Source: Anaerolineales bacterium (GTDB lineage Bacteria > Chloroflexota > Anaerolineae > Anaerolineales > UBA11579). Taken from it: a stretch of DNA of 64,000 nucleotides. The stretch covers positions 207,797-271,796 of the forward strand of contig JAHBVE010000002.1 in NCBI GenBank assembly GCA_019637675.1, read 5' to 3'. The stretch's first letter is position 1. The number at the start of each line of letters is the position of its first letter. This document shows, one piece after another, positions 20,029 through 30,655 of the stretch. The position numbers and the translations under genes were made by a program. Under the pieces are notes generated by a model. It did no database searches. It saw only the letters and a list, made by a program, of their open reading frames with translations, and was not told where the DNA came from.

Positions 20029-21798
20029 TTAGCGGTCTACTTCGCCAAGCACAATGTCAATGGAACCGAGGTTGACCACTACGTCAGCCACCTTTTGGCC
20101 TACGCACATCTTCTCGAGCACCGTCAGGTTGATGAAGCTTGGGGCGCGCACATGGTAGCGGGCCGGGTTGCCCTTGCCGTTGGAAACGATGTAGAAGCCC
20201 AGCTCACCCTTAGGGCCTTCCACACGGCCGTAAGACTCGCCAGCCGGCACACGCACCTGATAGGGGTTCTTACCGTTCATGATCTCACCGCCAGGCAGGT
20301 CTTTCAGGGCCTGGTTGAGGATCTGCAAGCTCTGGCGCATTTCATCAATGCGGATCATGTAACGGTCGTACACATCGCCATGCTGGCGCACCGTAACATC
20401 GAACTTGAAGCGGTCATAGATGCTATAGGGGTCCGCGCGGCGGACATCGTACGGCACGCCAGAGGCACGCAGCACGGGGCCGGCGGTGGAGAAGGCGATG
20501 GCCTCCTCCGGAGTGATGACGCCGATGCCTTCGGAGCGGCTGCGCACCAGCTCGTTCTCGGAGAGGTAAATGTCCAGTTCGTCGATCTTACGCGGCAGGC
20601 GCTCGGTCACGAGGGACTTGATCTTCTCCAGCACGCCTTCGGGGAGATCACGCGCTACCCCACCGAAGCGGAAGTAGTTGCACATCATGCGCGAGCCGGT
20701 GGTGGCCTCGAAGATATCCAGGATCAGCTCACGTTCAACGATGGCGTACAGCGCCGGGGTGAAGAAGGCGCCCAGGTCGTTCAGCAGGAAGCCGATGGCC
20801 CACAAGTGGTTACTGATGCGGGTCAGCTCAGCCATGATGACGCGGATGTATTCGGCGCGCTCAGGCGGAGCCGCCTTGTCGCCCATCAGTTTCTCGACTG
20901 CCAGGGCGTAGCCAAAGTTGTTGCTCATAGAGGAAAGATAGTCGAGGCGGTCGGTGAACGGCATGTTCATCGTCCAGGTGTTGCGCTCGCCGATCTTCTC
21001 GTGATTGCGGTGCAGATAGCCCATGACCGGCTTAAGCGCCACGATGGTCTCACCATCCAGGCGCACGGCCATACGGAACACGCCGTGGGTGGAAGGATGC
21101 TGCGGGCCGAGGTTGACGACTACCTGCTCGGTGTCGATATCTTCGCTATATTCACGGGCGGCCTTCTCCAACACTTCATAGAGCTTGGGGTCGTCGGTTT
21201 CTTTGAAACCCGTGGGGTCAAAGCCTTGGGGATAGGCATTATTCTTGTTGAAGGGGTTACGGTCCTCAATGCGATAGACCTGGCCTTCAGGCCAGCGGTT
21301 CTTAAAAGGCTTGACCTCTTCTTCGAAGTAGGCTTCCTTCCAGTCCTTGCGCATTGGGTAACCAGCAAAGCCCTCCCACATCAGAATGCGGCGCTGGTCA
21401 GGATGGCCTTCAAAATTCACGCCGTACAGGTCATACGCTTCGCGCTCCTGGAAGTCAGCGCCAGCGTACAGCGGCGTGAGCGAGGGCACGGTGGAGTTCT
21501 CGCGGGGAGTCTGGACCTTCAGTTCCAGCGCCCCACCACCGGTGGACTTGTAAAAGTGGTAGACCACTTCGATGAAGTTCTCGGCATTGGGGGCGTCAGA
21601 GTAATAGTCGACTGCGGTGACAGAGGAGAGATAGTCGTAGCCCATCTCATCCCGCAAGGCAGTGGCGACTTCGATCAGCTTGCTGGTGTCTACCAAAAAA
21701 CCAGCATAGCCAGGGCGCGCGTCTGCCTTTACGGCATCCGGGAAGCGCTTCTCCAGCTCGCTCTTTTCAACGGGGGCGGCAGTTGTTGCTTCAGTCAT
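20029..21798 (-). CDS. nuoCD: Fused NADH-quinone oxidoreductase subunits C and D
   Basis: 589 aa. A NuoC-like N-terminal ~190 aa is followed by NuoD ([16 protein letters not shown] ... DIVLGEVDR). No NiFe-hydrogenase CxxC ligands. Confidence 0.9.
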   Translation of the reverse strand: MTEATTAAPVEKSELEKRFPDAVKADARPGYAGFLVDTSKLIEVATALRDEMGYDYLSSVTAVDYYSDAPNAENFIEVVYHFYKSTGGGALELKVQTPRENSTVPSLTPLYAGADFQEREAYDLYGVNFEGHPDQRRILMWEGFAGYPMRKDWKEAYFEEEVKPFKNRWPEGQVYRIEDRNPFNKNNAYPQGFDPTGFKETDDPKLYEVLEKAAREYSEDIDTEQVVVNLGPQHPSTHGVFRMAVRLDGETIVALKPVMGYLHRNHEKIGERNTWTMNMPFTDRLDYLSSMSNNFGYALAVEKLMGDKAAPPERAEYIRVIMAELTRISNHLWAIGFLLNDLGAFFTPALYAIVERELILDIFEATTGSRMMCNYFRFGGVARDLPEGVLEKIKSLVTERLPRKIDELDIYLSENELVRSRSEGIGVITPEEAIAFSTAGPVLRASGVPYDVRRADPYSIYDRFKFDVTVRQHGDVYDRYMIRIDEMRQSLQILNQALKDLPGGEIMNGKNPYQVRVPAGESYGRVEGPKGELGFYIVSNGKGNPARYHVRAPSFINLTVLEKMCVGQKVADVVVNLGSIDIVLGEVDR

Positions 21799-21807
21799 GC
21801 TTGCCTC

Positions 21808-22488
21808 TTAGCTGGCCGCTTCGGCGGCGGGTGCGGGAGCAGCAGGTGCAGCCGCGGGAGCGGCAGGCTTCTTGCTGGTTTCCTGCTTGATGAGTTCGTT
21901 GTCACGCGGGTCGATCAGATCGGGCCCGAGCAGCGGCACCGGAATGGCCGGGATGTCTTCCTTACCGTACCAGCGCACCTGGGTGATGGATTCGGAGTCG
22001 ATCTTCTCCTGCAATTTCATCAGGCCGTGCAGCAGGGCTTGCGGGGTCGGTGGGCAGCCGGGCACATACACATCCACCGGCACGTATTGGTCCACACCCG
22101 AGACTACGTTGTAGCCCTCTTTGAACGGGCCACCGCCGGAGGCGCAGGCGCCCATCGCCAGCACATACTTGGGCTCAGGCATCTGGTTATACAGACGCAC
22201 GATCTGCGGGATCATTTTCTTGGTGACAGTACCGGAGACGATCATGAGGTCAGACTGGCGCGGGCTGGGGCGCATCACTTCCATACCGAAACGGGCCAGG
22301 TCATAGCGGCTGGCGGCGGTACAGATCATCTCGATGGCGCAGCAAGCCAGACCGAACATCATGGGCCAGACGGAGTAACGGCGGCCCATGTTCCAGATCT
22401 TGTCCAGCGTGGTGATGGCCACGTTCTGGCGCAGCTCAGGCGGAACTTCGTAGCCGGCGCTGTTCACGGTGGGATTGGTTTCAGTCAT
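21808..22488 (-). CDS. nuoB: NADH-quinone oxidoreductase subunit B with an Ala/Pro-rich C-terminal tail
   Basis: [27 protein letters not shown]. The tail reads [21 protein letters not shown]. Confidence 0.9.
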   Translation of the reverse strand: MTETNPTVNSAGYEVPPELRQNVAITTLDKIWNMGRRYSVWPMMFGLACCAIEMICTAASRYDLARFGMEVMRPSPRQSDLMIVSGTVTKKMIPQIVRLYNQMPEPKYVLAMGACASGGGPFKEGYNVVSGVDQYVPVDVYVPGCPPTPQALLHGLMKLQEKIDSESITQVRWYGKEDIPAIPVPLLGPDLIDPRDNELIKQETSKKPAAPAAAPAAPAPAAEAAS

Positions 22489-22526
22489 GTACGTTCATCT
22501 CCACTAGCGTTGTCCACTACCCCGGT

Positions 22527-22739
22527 TCACACCGGGTTGATTTCCTCAAACCACTCCTGGTAAATTGCAGCCAGGATCTCATCATTGGCCAGCTCCGGAT
22601 CATCCGCAAAGCTGGGCAGAGCGATCGTCCATTGAAAGATCTCACCCAATGAGACGTTTTCCAACGTCTCGTGCGGGTATCGTGCTTTCAACGCCAGCAC
22701 GATCTCATATATGGCGTCCCAATACAGTTGCTGGGCCAT
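22527..22739 (-). CDS. iscX: IscX (YfhJ)-like Fe-S assembly accessory protein
   Basis: 70 aa. It aligns by eye to E. coli IscX as I remember it (W.D..EI..AL...YP......V.....QW...L..F.DDP...N..IL.AI...W.EE). GGGAG SD. Confidence 0.7.
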   Translation of the reverse strand: MAQQLYWDAIYEIVLALKARYPHETLENVSLGEIFQWTIALPSFADDPELANDEILAAIYQEWFEEINPV

Positions 22740-22819
22740 CGCTCCCGATTGTTCTTTCGTTCACATTATACATGGTTGAACATTTGAGTCAACGCCTGTG
22801 AATAAAGTAAATATTTATT

Positions 22820-22828
22820 TGCTAAAAT
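22820..22828 (+). promoter_or_regulatory. Extended -10 promoter (TGcTAAAAT) placed 5 nt before GTG 22834
   Basis: TGCTAAAAT followed by ATAGC, then GTG. No SD. This implies a leaderless transcript. Confidence 0.45.
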
Positions 22829-22833
22829 ATAGC

Positions 22834-23421
22834 GTGCAATCCACTCGCCAAAGCATCCTGGACTACCTAGCTTCCCGCGGCAGCGCTAGTGCCCAGCAAA
22901 TGGCGCAGGCCTTCGGTATGAGCACGCAAAATCTGCGCCGCCACTTGCGCATTCTGGAGCAGCGCGGCCTGATCGCGGTCAGCCAACCCGCAGCCAGCGG
23001 CCGCGGGCGCCCACAGCTGACCTACTCCCTCACTGCGCAGGCCCAGCCTGACCATCTGGCCGGGCTCAGCAGCGCCCTGTTGAGCGGCCTGCGCCCAGCC
23101 AGCCTGCGCCCGCTGGCACAGCGCCTGCTGGGCGGGACGCCCCGCCCAGCCCGCAATACCAGCCAGCGGCTGGTGGCGGCCATGCGCCAGCTGGAGCCAA
23201 TGGGCTACCGGCCGCGCTGGGAGGCCCGCCCCGGTGGTCCGCAGGTGGTGCTCGGCCATTGCCCCTTCGCGGCCATCATCGATAAGCACCCAGAGCTATG
23301 CCAGGTGGACGCGCACATGCTGGAGGAACTGCTGGGCACGGATGCAGAACAAGCCAGCAAGCTGCAGCCTGGTCCACAGGGCACGCTGCAGTGCGTCTTC
23401 CGAATCAAAGAGCGCCGCTGA
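22834..23421 (+). CDS. Winged-helix (ArsR/HTH_20-like) transcriptional regulator with a C-terminal CPF-motif domain
   Basis: ORF 22798..23421. The HTH is STRQSILDYLASRGSASAQQMAQAFGMSTQNLRRHLRILEQRGLI; the C-terminal part has GHCPFAAIIDKHPELC. Start set to GTG 22834 because of promoter geometry; 22798 is not excluded. Confidence 0.7.
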   Translation: MQSTRQSILDYLASRGSASAQQMAQAFGMSTQNLRRHLRILEQRGLIAVSQPAASGRGRPQLTYSLTAQAQPDHLAGLSSALLSGLRPASLRPLAQRLLGGTPRPARNTSQRLVAAMRQLEPMGYRPRWEARPGGPQVVLGHCPFAAIIDKHPELCQVDAHMLEELLGTDAEQASKLQPGPQGTLQCVFRIKERR

Positions 23422-23437
23422 TTGCGGCGCTCTTTTT
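23408..23437. terminator. Bidirectional rho-independent terminator with the regulator's stop codon in the loop
   Basis: AAGAGCGCCGC-TGATT-GCGGCGCTCTTTTT: an 11-bp stem. Confidence 0.75.
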
Positions 23438-23448
23438 AGTGGTGGGGC

Positions 23449-24102
23449 CTAGGGAAACAGTGATGGCAAGTTGAGGCCGATACTGACACCGCCTGAGCCG
23501 CCCCCTACCCCTACTTGCAGGGTATCTAGCACATTGAGGTTAATGCCTTCATCCTCATCGCCATTCTGCTCGTTGCCTCCCTGCAGGTCTAGGTCGACCT
23601 GAAGCTGGAGATTGCCAGTATCGTCATCCGCATCGACATCCAGCTGGGTGCCGACTGCAGGCACTTCGACGCCGAGGTTCGGCAGATCAGTATTGTCGGT
23701 GCCCTGCCTGGGGGCGGCGGTGGCGGTCGCCTTACCGAGATCCAGGTTCACGATCCCGGTCTCGCCCAAGCCAGCATCCACACTCAGGCAGAGCAGACCC
23801 AGCAAGCAGTGATTGCCCGCTACCCCTGTGCCGTTGCCAGGCGGATCCTGCGGCCCGCCCGTGGTGGGCGGTGGGTCTCCGATGGGAGGCACGGCCCCGC
23901 CGCCGGGCAGTAGGCTCGGCCCGCCGTTGTATACGATCAGCGGCGGCTGGCCGGCGCGTTGCGGCCCAAAGCTCAGCGAAAAGTATGGTGAGGTAATTTG
24001 CAGGTGGCTGGCAAAAGCCCCTGCAATGCATAATGCTGGCACCAGGAATAATGTGAGCAGCAGTGCAAGCCAGCGCGAAACTGAAGATGTACGTCCCTGC
24101 AT
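23449..24102 (-). CDS. Secreted or anchored hypothetical protein (signal peptide, Pro/Gly-rich middle, D/N/G-rich C-terminus)
   Basis: 217 aa. N-terminal RWLALLLTLFLVPALCIAGAFA. Low-complexity PPGGGAVPPIGDPPPTTGGPQDPPGNG. No family recognised. Confidence 0.5.
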   Translation of the reverse strand: MQGRTSSVSRWLALLLTLFLVPALCIAGAFASHLQITSPYFSLSFGPQRAGQPPLIVYNGGPSLLPGGGAVPPIGDPPPTTGGPQDPPGNGTGVAGNHCLLGLLCLSVDAGLGETGIVNLDLGKATATAAPRQGTDNTDLPNLGVEVPAVGTQLDVDADDDTGNLQLQVDLDLQGGNEQNGDEDEGINLNVLDTLQVGVGGGSGGVSIGLNLPSLFP

Positions 24103-24277
24103 AGCAATCCCTCCCTGGCGCTTTTTCGTGAACTCATTTTATGAAATAGTCTGCGTAAAAAAATTAACAGCTTTGAAAATAGACTAAGGTCTAACCTGAA
24201 TAGACTTGTCATTCTTGCTAACCGCCCATTCATCAGTTGCCAAAAGCAAAGTGGTAGCATTTATTATTAGCGTCCTT

Positions 24278-25345
24278 ATGCGTACTCTGCTCCGTTGGCT
24301 GTCCCTCGCCTCACTATTCCTCATCAGCGCTGCCCCTGCTTATGCTCCCGCGCCGCAAGGCTCTCCGAGCGAGGTGGTGGCGCTTATCAACGCCTACCGC
24401 GCCGAGTTCGGCCTGCCCCCTTACGAAGAGAATCCGCTGCTCTACCAGTTGGCCCAGGGCCAGGCAGACTATCTAGCCTCCACCCAAGGCGCCACCGGCG
24501 GCGACATCCATACCGGGCCGGGCGGCACGCGCCCGCGTGACCGCGCCTACGCGGCGGGTTATGGCGGCGGCTCCACCATCTTCATCTCAGAGATCGCCAA
24601 GTATGGAATGGGAGAGACCTCCCAGAGCGCTATTAACTGGTGGAAGCAATCCCCGAACCACAACCCCACAATGATCGCATCCACCTATATCCATATTGGC
24701 TGCGGCGTAGCCAATGATGGAACGACGCGTTATTACTTTGTGTGTGTAACCGGCTATAGCGCTGGCGGCGTGCCATCCACTGGGTCAGGTACGCCTGCTG
24801 TATCCGGTGGGCAAGGCAGCCAACCTCCCGTCCAGATCATGATCCCGGTTACCAAGGCCGAGCCACAGCCGGATGGGTCGATCATGCACATTATCCGCAC
24901 CGGCCAAACCCTATGGACCGTGGCAGCGGTGTACGAGGTGCCGCTGGAGCAGCTGCTTGAGCTCAATGGCTTCACGGAATGGGAAGTACTGCACCCCGGC
25001 GACGAGGTCATGGTGGCGCCGCCCGGCAGCGTAGCCACCAGCGTACCGACGAAAGACCCCAACGCCACGCCAACGGCTACGGCTACCTTGTCGCCAACGC
25101 CCACCGCCACGGCGACCGTGCTTTCAGCCGCCGATACTGACGCCACGGTGCAGGCCGCCCTGGCACTGGCCCAGCAGGAAGTTCAGCAGGCCAACGAACA
25201 GCGCACCGCCAATAGCAGCGTGCAATTGGTGGTGGGAATCGCCATGATCAGCATTCTCAGCGTCGTAGTAGCCAGTTTCTTTATTCAGCGGCCGGCAACA
25301 GAACCCGAGCCTGACGAGAACGACCCCTTCGCTCCGATCACTTAG
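24278..25345 (+). CDS. CAP/SCP-domain plus LysM-domain protein with a C-terminal TM anchor
   Basis: ORF 24206..25345. Start set to ATG 24278 (MRTLLRWLSLASLFLISAAPAYA signal). CAP motifs INAYRAEFGLPP and WWKQSPNHNPTM are present. LysM is HIIRTGQTLWTVAAVYEVPLEQLLELNG. The TM segment is VVGIAMISILSVVVASFFI. Confidence 0.75.
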   Translation: MRTLLRWLSLASLFLISAAPAYAPAPQGSPSEVVALINAYRAEFGLPPYEENPLLYQLAQGQADYLASTQGATGGDIHTGPGGTRPRDRAYAAGYGGGSTIFISEIAKYGMGETSQSAINWWKQSPNHNPTMIASTYIHIGCGVANDGTTRYYFVCVTGYSAGGVPSTGSGTPAVSGGQGSQPPVQIMIPVTKAEPQPDGSIMHIIRTGQTLWTVAAVYEVPLEQLLELNGFTEWEVLHPGDEVMVAPPGSVATSVPTKDPNATPTATATLSPTPTATATVLSAADTDATVQAALALAQQEVQQANEQRTANSSVQLVVGIAMISILSVVVASFFIQRPATEPEPDENDPFAPIT

Positions 25346-25366
25346 CCAGGCTCACAATGGCTTGCC

Positions 25367-25375
25367 TGTTAGAAT
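25367..25375 (+). promoter_or_regulatory. Extended -10-like element (TGtTAGAAT) 9 nt before the azlC ATG
   Basis: TGTTAGAAT, then CTGCCCGGC, then ATG. No SD. Confidence 0.35.
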
Positions 25376-25384
25376 CTGCCCGGC

Positions 25385-26104
25385 ATGCCACCCACCCCAT
25401 CTGATCGCAAACAACATTTTCTGGCCGGCGCGCGTGACACCTTCCCGTTGCTGGTCGGCGCGTGGCCGTTCGGGCTGATCTATGGTGCGCTGGGCATCGC
25501 CAGCGGCCTCAGCCCGCTGGCTACCGCCGCCATGTCGGCCGTGGTGTTTGCCGGCTCAGCGCAATTCATTGCGGTGAGCCTGGTGGCGGCCGGCACGCCG
25601 GTGCTGGTGATCGCGCTCACCACCTTCGTAGTGAACGCGCGTCACATCCTGTACGCCGCCACCTTGGCTCCCCAACTCAAGGGATTGAGTACACGTTGGC
25701 TGGCACCGCTGGGCTTCTGGCTTACCGATGAATCCTTCGTGGTGGCCGCCAAAGGTTTTGAAGCACGCACCACGCCACACGAGCGCAAGTGGTATCTACT
25801 GGGTAGCGAGCTGGCCATGTTCCTGAATTGGCAGATCGCCACTTGGGTTGGCATAGCCGCTGGCCAGGCGATCCCTGACCCGGCCAGTTGGGGGTTGGAG
25901 TTTGCGCTGGTAGTGACCTTCCTCGGTATGCTGGTGCCGATGCTCAAGGGCAGGCCAGAGCTTATATCTGTGCTGGTGGCGGCGGCGACAGCCCTACTGG
26001 CGGTCAACCTACCCCACCGCAGCGGCCTGCTGTTGGCCGCCGTGCTCGGCATTCTGGCCGGTCTGCTGGCTGAGCAAGTCTGGCCCCGCAAGGAGCCGGC
26101 ATGA
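25385..26104 (+). CDS. azlC: AzlC-family branched-chain amino acid exporter subunit
   Basis: 239 aa. [42 protein letters not shown] is typical of AzlC. Confidence 0.8.
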   Translation: MPPTPSDRKQHFLAGARDTFPLLVGAWPFGLIYGALGIASGLSPLATAAMSAVVFAGSAQFIAVSLVAAGTPVLVIALTTFVVNARHILYAATLAPQLKGLSTRWLAPLGFWLTDESFVVAAKGFEARTTPHERKWYLLGSELAMFLNWQIATWVGIAAGQAIPDPASWGLEFALVVTFLGMLVPMLKGRPELISVLVAAATALLAVNLPHRSGLLLAAVLGILAGLLAEQVWPRKEPA

Positions 26105-26415
26105 ACGAGTTCTGGCTGCTGTTCGGGATGGCCGTGGCCACCATGGCCACGCGTATCCCGGTGCTCATTACGCTCAGCCGGCGCGAGCTGCCCAGCGGGG
26201 TGCGGCGCGGGCTGCACTACGTGCCGCCCGCCGTGCTGGCGGCGATCATCGCTCCGATCGTGCTATTGGACGAGGGCAAGCCTTATCTCGCGCTCGACAA
26301 TGCCATGCTGGTGGCCAGCCTCATCGCCGTGTTGATCTCATGGCGCACCAAGAACTTGCTGCTTACCATCGTGGTGGGTATGGCGGCTTTTCTGGCATGG
26401 CGCGCCCTGTTCTAG
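26101..26415 (+). CDS. azlD: AzlD-family small membrane subunit
   Basis: 104 aa. ATGA overlap with azlC. Hydrophobic, with the ATRIPVLI motif. Confidence 0.75.
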   Translation: MNEFWLLFGMAVATMATRIPVLITLSRRELPSGVRRGLHYVPPAVLAAIIAPIVLLDEGKPYLALDNAMLVASLIAVLISWRTKNLLLTIVVGMAAFLAWRALF

Positions 26416-26427
26416 TGGGAGACAAGT

Positions 26428-27375
26428 ATGACTTACGCTCCACCAAGCCCTTCCACTCTTGATTGGCTACTGGATTCCGATCCGGCCATTCGCTGGCAGG
26501 TGCTTCGCGACATTACCGGTTCACCCGCCGACGAAGTGGCCGCCGAGCGTGCCCGCGTGGCGACCGCAGGCTGGGGCGCGCAGCTGCTAAGCCTGCAGGA
26601 GGCGGATGGCGATTGGGGCGGCGGCGCGTGGGTGTACAAGAGCTGGGCTTCCACATTTGAGACGTTGATGTTGCTGCGCGAGATGGGCCTGGAGCCGCAT
26701 AGCCACCCTGCTCGCAATGCAATCGACCTGGTCAAGCAGAACAGCAACTGGGGCGAGTACCACAACCACGCGCCCTTCTTCGAAGGCGAGAGCGAGCCGT
26801 GCATCAATGGCCGCGTGTTGGCAATTGGCGCGTATTTTGGCGAAGCCAGCGCCAAGCTCGCCGAGCGGCTGCTCAGCGAGCAGTTACCCGATGGCGGCTG
26901 GAACTGCGACGCGCCCGAAAGCACACGCGCTTCATTCAACACCACCTTGTGCGTGCTGGAAGGCTTGTACGCGTACGAACAGGCAACCGGAGACAGCTCG
27001 GTGACCACGGCGCGCCGGAGCGGCGAGGAGTACTTGCTGGCACGCGGATTGTACAAGTCTCTGCGAACCGGGCAACCTATTGAAATTGACCGCAAGAGCG
27101 AGAAGGACTGGCGCAGGATCAGCTTCCCCACTCGCTGGTATTACGACATCCTGTGGGCGCTGGACTATTTGCGCAAAACCGGCGCTGCGCCCGACCCGCG
27201 CGCCGCCGATGCGGCAGCACTCATCGCCAGCAAGCAAACTGCCGAAGGCGCCTGGCTGCTGGAAACCTATCATGATGGCGCCGAGCACTTCCTCATGGAA
27301 GCTGTTGGCCAGCCCAGCCGCTGGTTGACACTGCGAGCCTTGCGCGTGCAGCGCTGGCACTCTCAGACCCCTTAG
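26428..27375 (+). CDS. Hypothetical protein with prenyltransferase/squalene-cyclase-like (alpha/alpha toroid) repeats
   Basis: 315 aa with a repeated aromatic/Gly pattern (EADGDWGGGAW; LPDGGWNCDAP; TAEGAWLLE). The assignment is tentative. Confidence 0.45.
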   Translation: MTYAPPSPSTLDWLLDSDPAIRWQVLRDITGSPADEVAAERARVATAGWGAQLLSLQEADGDWGGGAWVYKSWASTFETLMLLREMGLEPHSHPARNAIDLVKQNSNWGEYHNHAPFFEGESEPCINGRVLAIGAYFGEASAKLAERLLSEQLPDGGWNCDAPESTRASFNTTLCVLEGLYAYEQATGDSSVTTARRSGEEYLLARGLYKSLRTGQPIEIDRKSEKDWRRISFPTRWYYDILWALDYLRKTGAAPDPRAADAAALIASKQTAEGAWLLETYHDGAEHFLMEAVGQPSRWLTLRALRVQRWHSQTP

Positions 27376-27390
27376 CCCAGCAAATAGCTC

Positions 27391-27436
27391 TTGCACTTAC
27401 CGGCGTCTTGGCGTATATTAGTAACCAATAGGTTAC
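27391..27436 (+). promoter_or_regulatory. Sigma-70-type promoter plus palindromic operator of the SRPBCC-ArsR operon
   Basis: TTGCAC (27391-27396), a 17-nt spacer, TATATT (27414-27419). The perfect palindrome GTAACC-AATA-GGTTAC (27421-27436) lies immediately downstream. GGAGGG SD at 27442. Confidence 0.55.
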
Positions 27437-27452
27437 ATATCGGAGGGCATAT

Positions 27453-27917
27453 ATGCTCAGCAAACATTCCCCGCGGGAACTCAAGATCGAATTCGAAATC
27501 TTCATAAACGCCTCGCCCGCCAGAGTCTGGACTCTGATGTCCAGCGTCGATGGCATGAACCAATGGCTGGCGCGCAACCTGGTGTTCGAGCACAGGCTGG
27601 GCGGCCGCTTTGAGATGAAAGGCAACCTGCCTGGCGAAGGCCCCTATCGCTTCACTGGTGAGGTTGTTACTCTGGAGCCCAAGCGCGAACTGGCCTTCAC
27701 ATGGAAACATGACCCGGAGGATGGCACACCCTGGCCGGTCAGCACCCTGGTGACCCTGCGCCTGCACCCAGAGGGCGAGGGAACCCGCGTGACCCTGACC
27801 CACACCGGCTTTGAAGCGCTGGGCGAAACCGGCAAGAGCCAATACGAGGGCCACATCCAGGGTTGGACCATTGCCGAGAACCTGACCGATCTCAAGAAGG
27901 CCGTGGAGGCCAGCTAA
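27453..27917 (+). CDS. SRPBCC (AHSA1/START-like) domain protein
   Basis: 154 aa. INASPARVWTLMSSVDGMNQWL is typical of the family. The stop overlaps the next start (TAATG). Confidence 0.75.
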   Translation: MLSKHSPRELKIEFEIFINASPARVWTLMSSVDGMNQWLARNLVFEHRLGGRFEMKGNLPGEGPYRFTGEVVTLEPKRELAFTWKHDPEDGTPWPVSTLVTLRLHPEGEGTRVTLTHTGFEALGETGKSQYEGHIQGWTIAENLTDLKKAVEAS

Positions 27918-28228
27918 TGCCAGGCAGTTCGCCTTTCCATGCGATAGCCGACCCGACCCGGCGGCGTATCCTGGACGCCCTGCTGGCTGGCCCCCTGCGA
28001 GCCGGCGAACTGGCGCAGCGCTTTCCGCGCATCAGCCGCCCTGCCGTAAGCAAGCATCTGCGCGTGCTGCGCAGCAGCCACCTGGTATTTACGGAACAGC
28101 GCGGCCGCGAGGTCTGGTACCGCATTGACCCTGCCCCACTGGCCGAGGTCGAAAAATGGGTACAGCAATACCGCGCCTTCTGGGAAGAGAAGCTACAGGC
28201 ACTCAAGAAAGCAGCCGAGGAAAGCTAA
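27917..28228 (+). CDS. ArsR/SmtB-family transcriptional regulator
   Basis: ORF 27863..28228. Start at ATG 27917. Sequence FHAIADPTRRRILDALLAGPLRAGELAQRFPRISRPAVSKHLRVLRSSHLV. Confidence 0.85.
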   Translation: MPGSSPFHAIADPTRRRILDALLAGPLRAGELAQRFPRISRPAVSKHLRVLRSSHLVFTEQRGREVWYRIDPAPLAEVEKWVQQYRAFWEEKLQALKKAAEES

Positions 28229-28241
28229 ATCTGTTAATCAG

Positions 28242-28276
28242 AAAAAAGGCCATCGATCAATCGATGGCCTTTTTTG
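28242..28276. terminator. Bidirectional rho-independent terminator (ArsR / glmS convergent)
   Basis: AAAAAAGGCCATCGA-TCAA-TCGATGGCCTTTTTT. Confidence 0.8.
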
Positions 28277-28311
28277 ATGCTTCTTTGGAATGGGTCAGTG
28301 TTAAGGCTGGT

Positions 28312-30153
<1,842 letters not shown>

Positions 30154-30583
30154 ATGAAGAATCCTCCAACTATGTCTACAGGCCGCTGCTGGAGCGTTTG
30201 TCCGCATGGTTGCCCACGCGGCGTTGTGCGCCAGCTCTATCTTGGAGGGAAGTTCGGGGGCGGGTCTCCCGGAGGGCATCCGCTGATCTTCGCAACTGCG
30301 CCGCCAACTGCGTTGTCGGGCTTGTTGCTTATGGCGTTCCGCAAAAGCGGCGGAACGCCATACTTATTCGATTTTCACGGCCGCTAGGCCGCTTATCTTT
30401 GCCGTGAGGCAAGGCGAATGCGCCTTTTGCATTCGCCCGCGCTTACCTGCCAACGGCTTTGCCGTTGGCCGTAAGCGCAAGAACCACTCAACCTCGTCAC
30501 CCGGCATTGCCGGGCCGTGCGCTATTCCCTCGGTGTCAGTTAGCTTCGCTTTGTCTCTATTCACCTCATATTTAACTGGAGTG
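30154..30583 (-). promoter_or_regulatory. Long, hairpin-dense 5' leader of glmS. It is an unconfirmed glmS-ribozyme candidate or another structured RNA.
   Basis: Six near-contiguous stem-loops in plus-strand coordinates: 30331-30361 (12 bp), 30378-30391, 30397-30414, 30413-30437 (9 bp), 30439-30478 (17 bp), 30500-30514. On the minus strand, GACGAGG lies at 30492-30498 and AGCGGAUGCCCUCCGGG at 30268-30284, resembling glmS ribozyme core blocks. I could not assemble the full core. Confidence 0.35.
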
Positions 30584-30589
30584 GGCATG

Positions 30590-30595
30590 ATTATA
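30590..30595 (-). promoter_or_regulatory. Candidate glmS -10 element (TATAAT on the minus strand)
   Basis: Perfect TATAAT. The nearest -35-like TTGAAC is 20 nt upstream, which is too far. It lies back-to-back with the mreB promoter candidate. Confidence 0.3.
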
Positions 30596-30646
30596 CCCAG
30601 CACCTGGCCCAAATTGTTCAAGCCGGGTGAACGCCGGCCGGCTGCA

Positions 30647-30655
30647 TGGTAAAAT
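30647..30655 (+). promoter_or_regulatory. Extended -10 promoter (TGgTAAAAT) for mreB
   Basis: TGGTAAAAT about 132 nt upstream of the mreB ATG. The leader contains the hairpin CACCCTGCC-CC-GGCAGGGTG (30739-30758). Confidence 0.45.

Noticed and set aside
19324-22563. 1079-aa plus-strand ORF, the longest in the window
   Set aside because: It runs antisense to nuoI, nuoCD and nuoB, all of which carry unambiguous family motifs. Its translation is a low-complexity G/A/R/V/H-rich shadow typical of the opposite strand of high-GC genes, and it has no recognisable motif.
30154-30279. 42-codon N-terminal extension of glmS in the ORF track
   Set aside because: GlmS must begin Met-Cys, because Cys is the N-terminal nucleophile after Met removal. 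MCGIVGY at 30153 has a GGAGGA SD.
30241-30290. Plus-strand GGAGGGAAGTTCGGGGGC, resembling the RNase P RNA P4 block GAGGAAAGTCCGGGC
   Set aside because: The other universally conserved RNase P blocks (GGUAAGGGUGAAA.., ACAGAAnCCGGCUUA) are absent from the 634-bp region. The match is imperfect and lies about 90 nt from the glmS start on the opposite strand.
30154-30600. A confident call of a canonical glmS ribozyme
   Set aside because: Only two core-like blocks were found, about 210 nt apart. I could not form P2.2 (cleavage-site GCGCC with CGGCGG) or P3 by hand. It is kept as a hypothesis in the findings rather than as a called ncRNA.
30364-30621. 85-aa minus-strand ORF inside the glmS leader
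   Set aside because: It is built from the stacked hairpins, has no SD and no coding-like periodicity, and the predicted TSS lies inside it.
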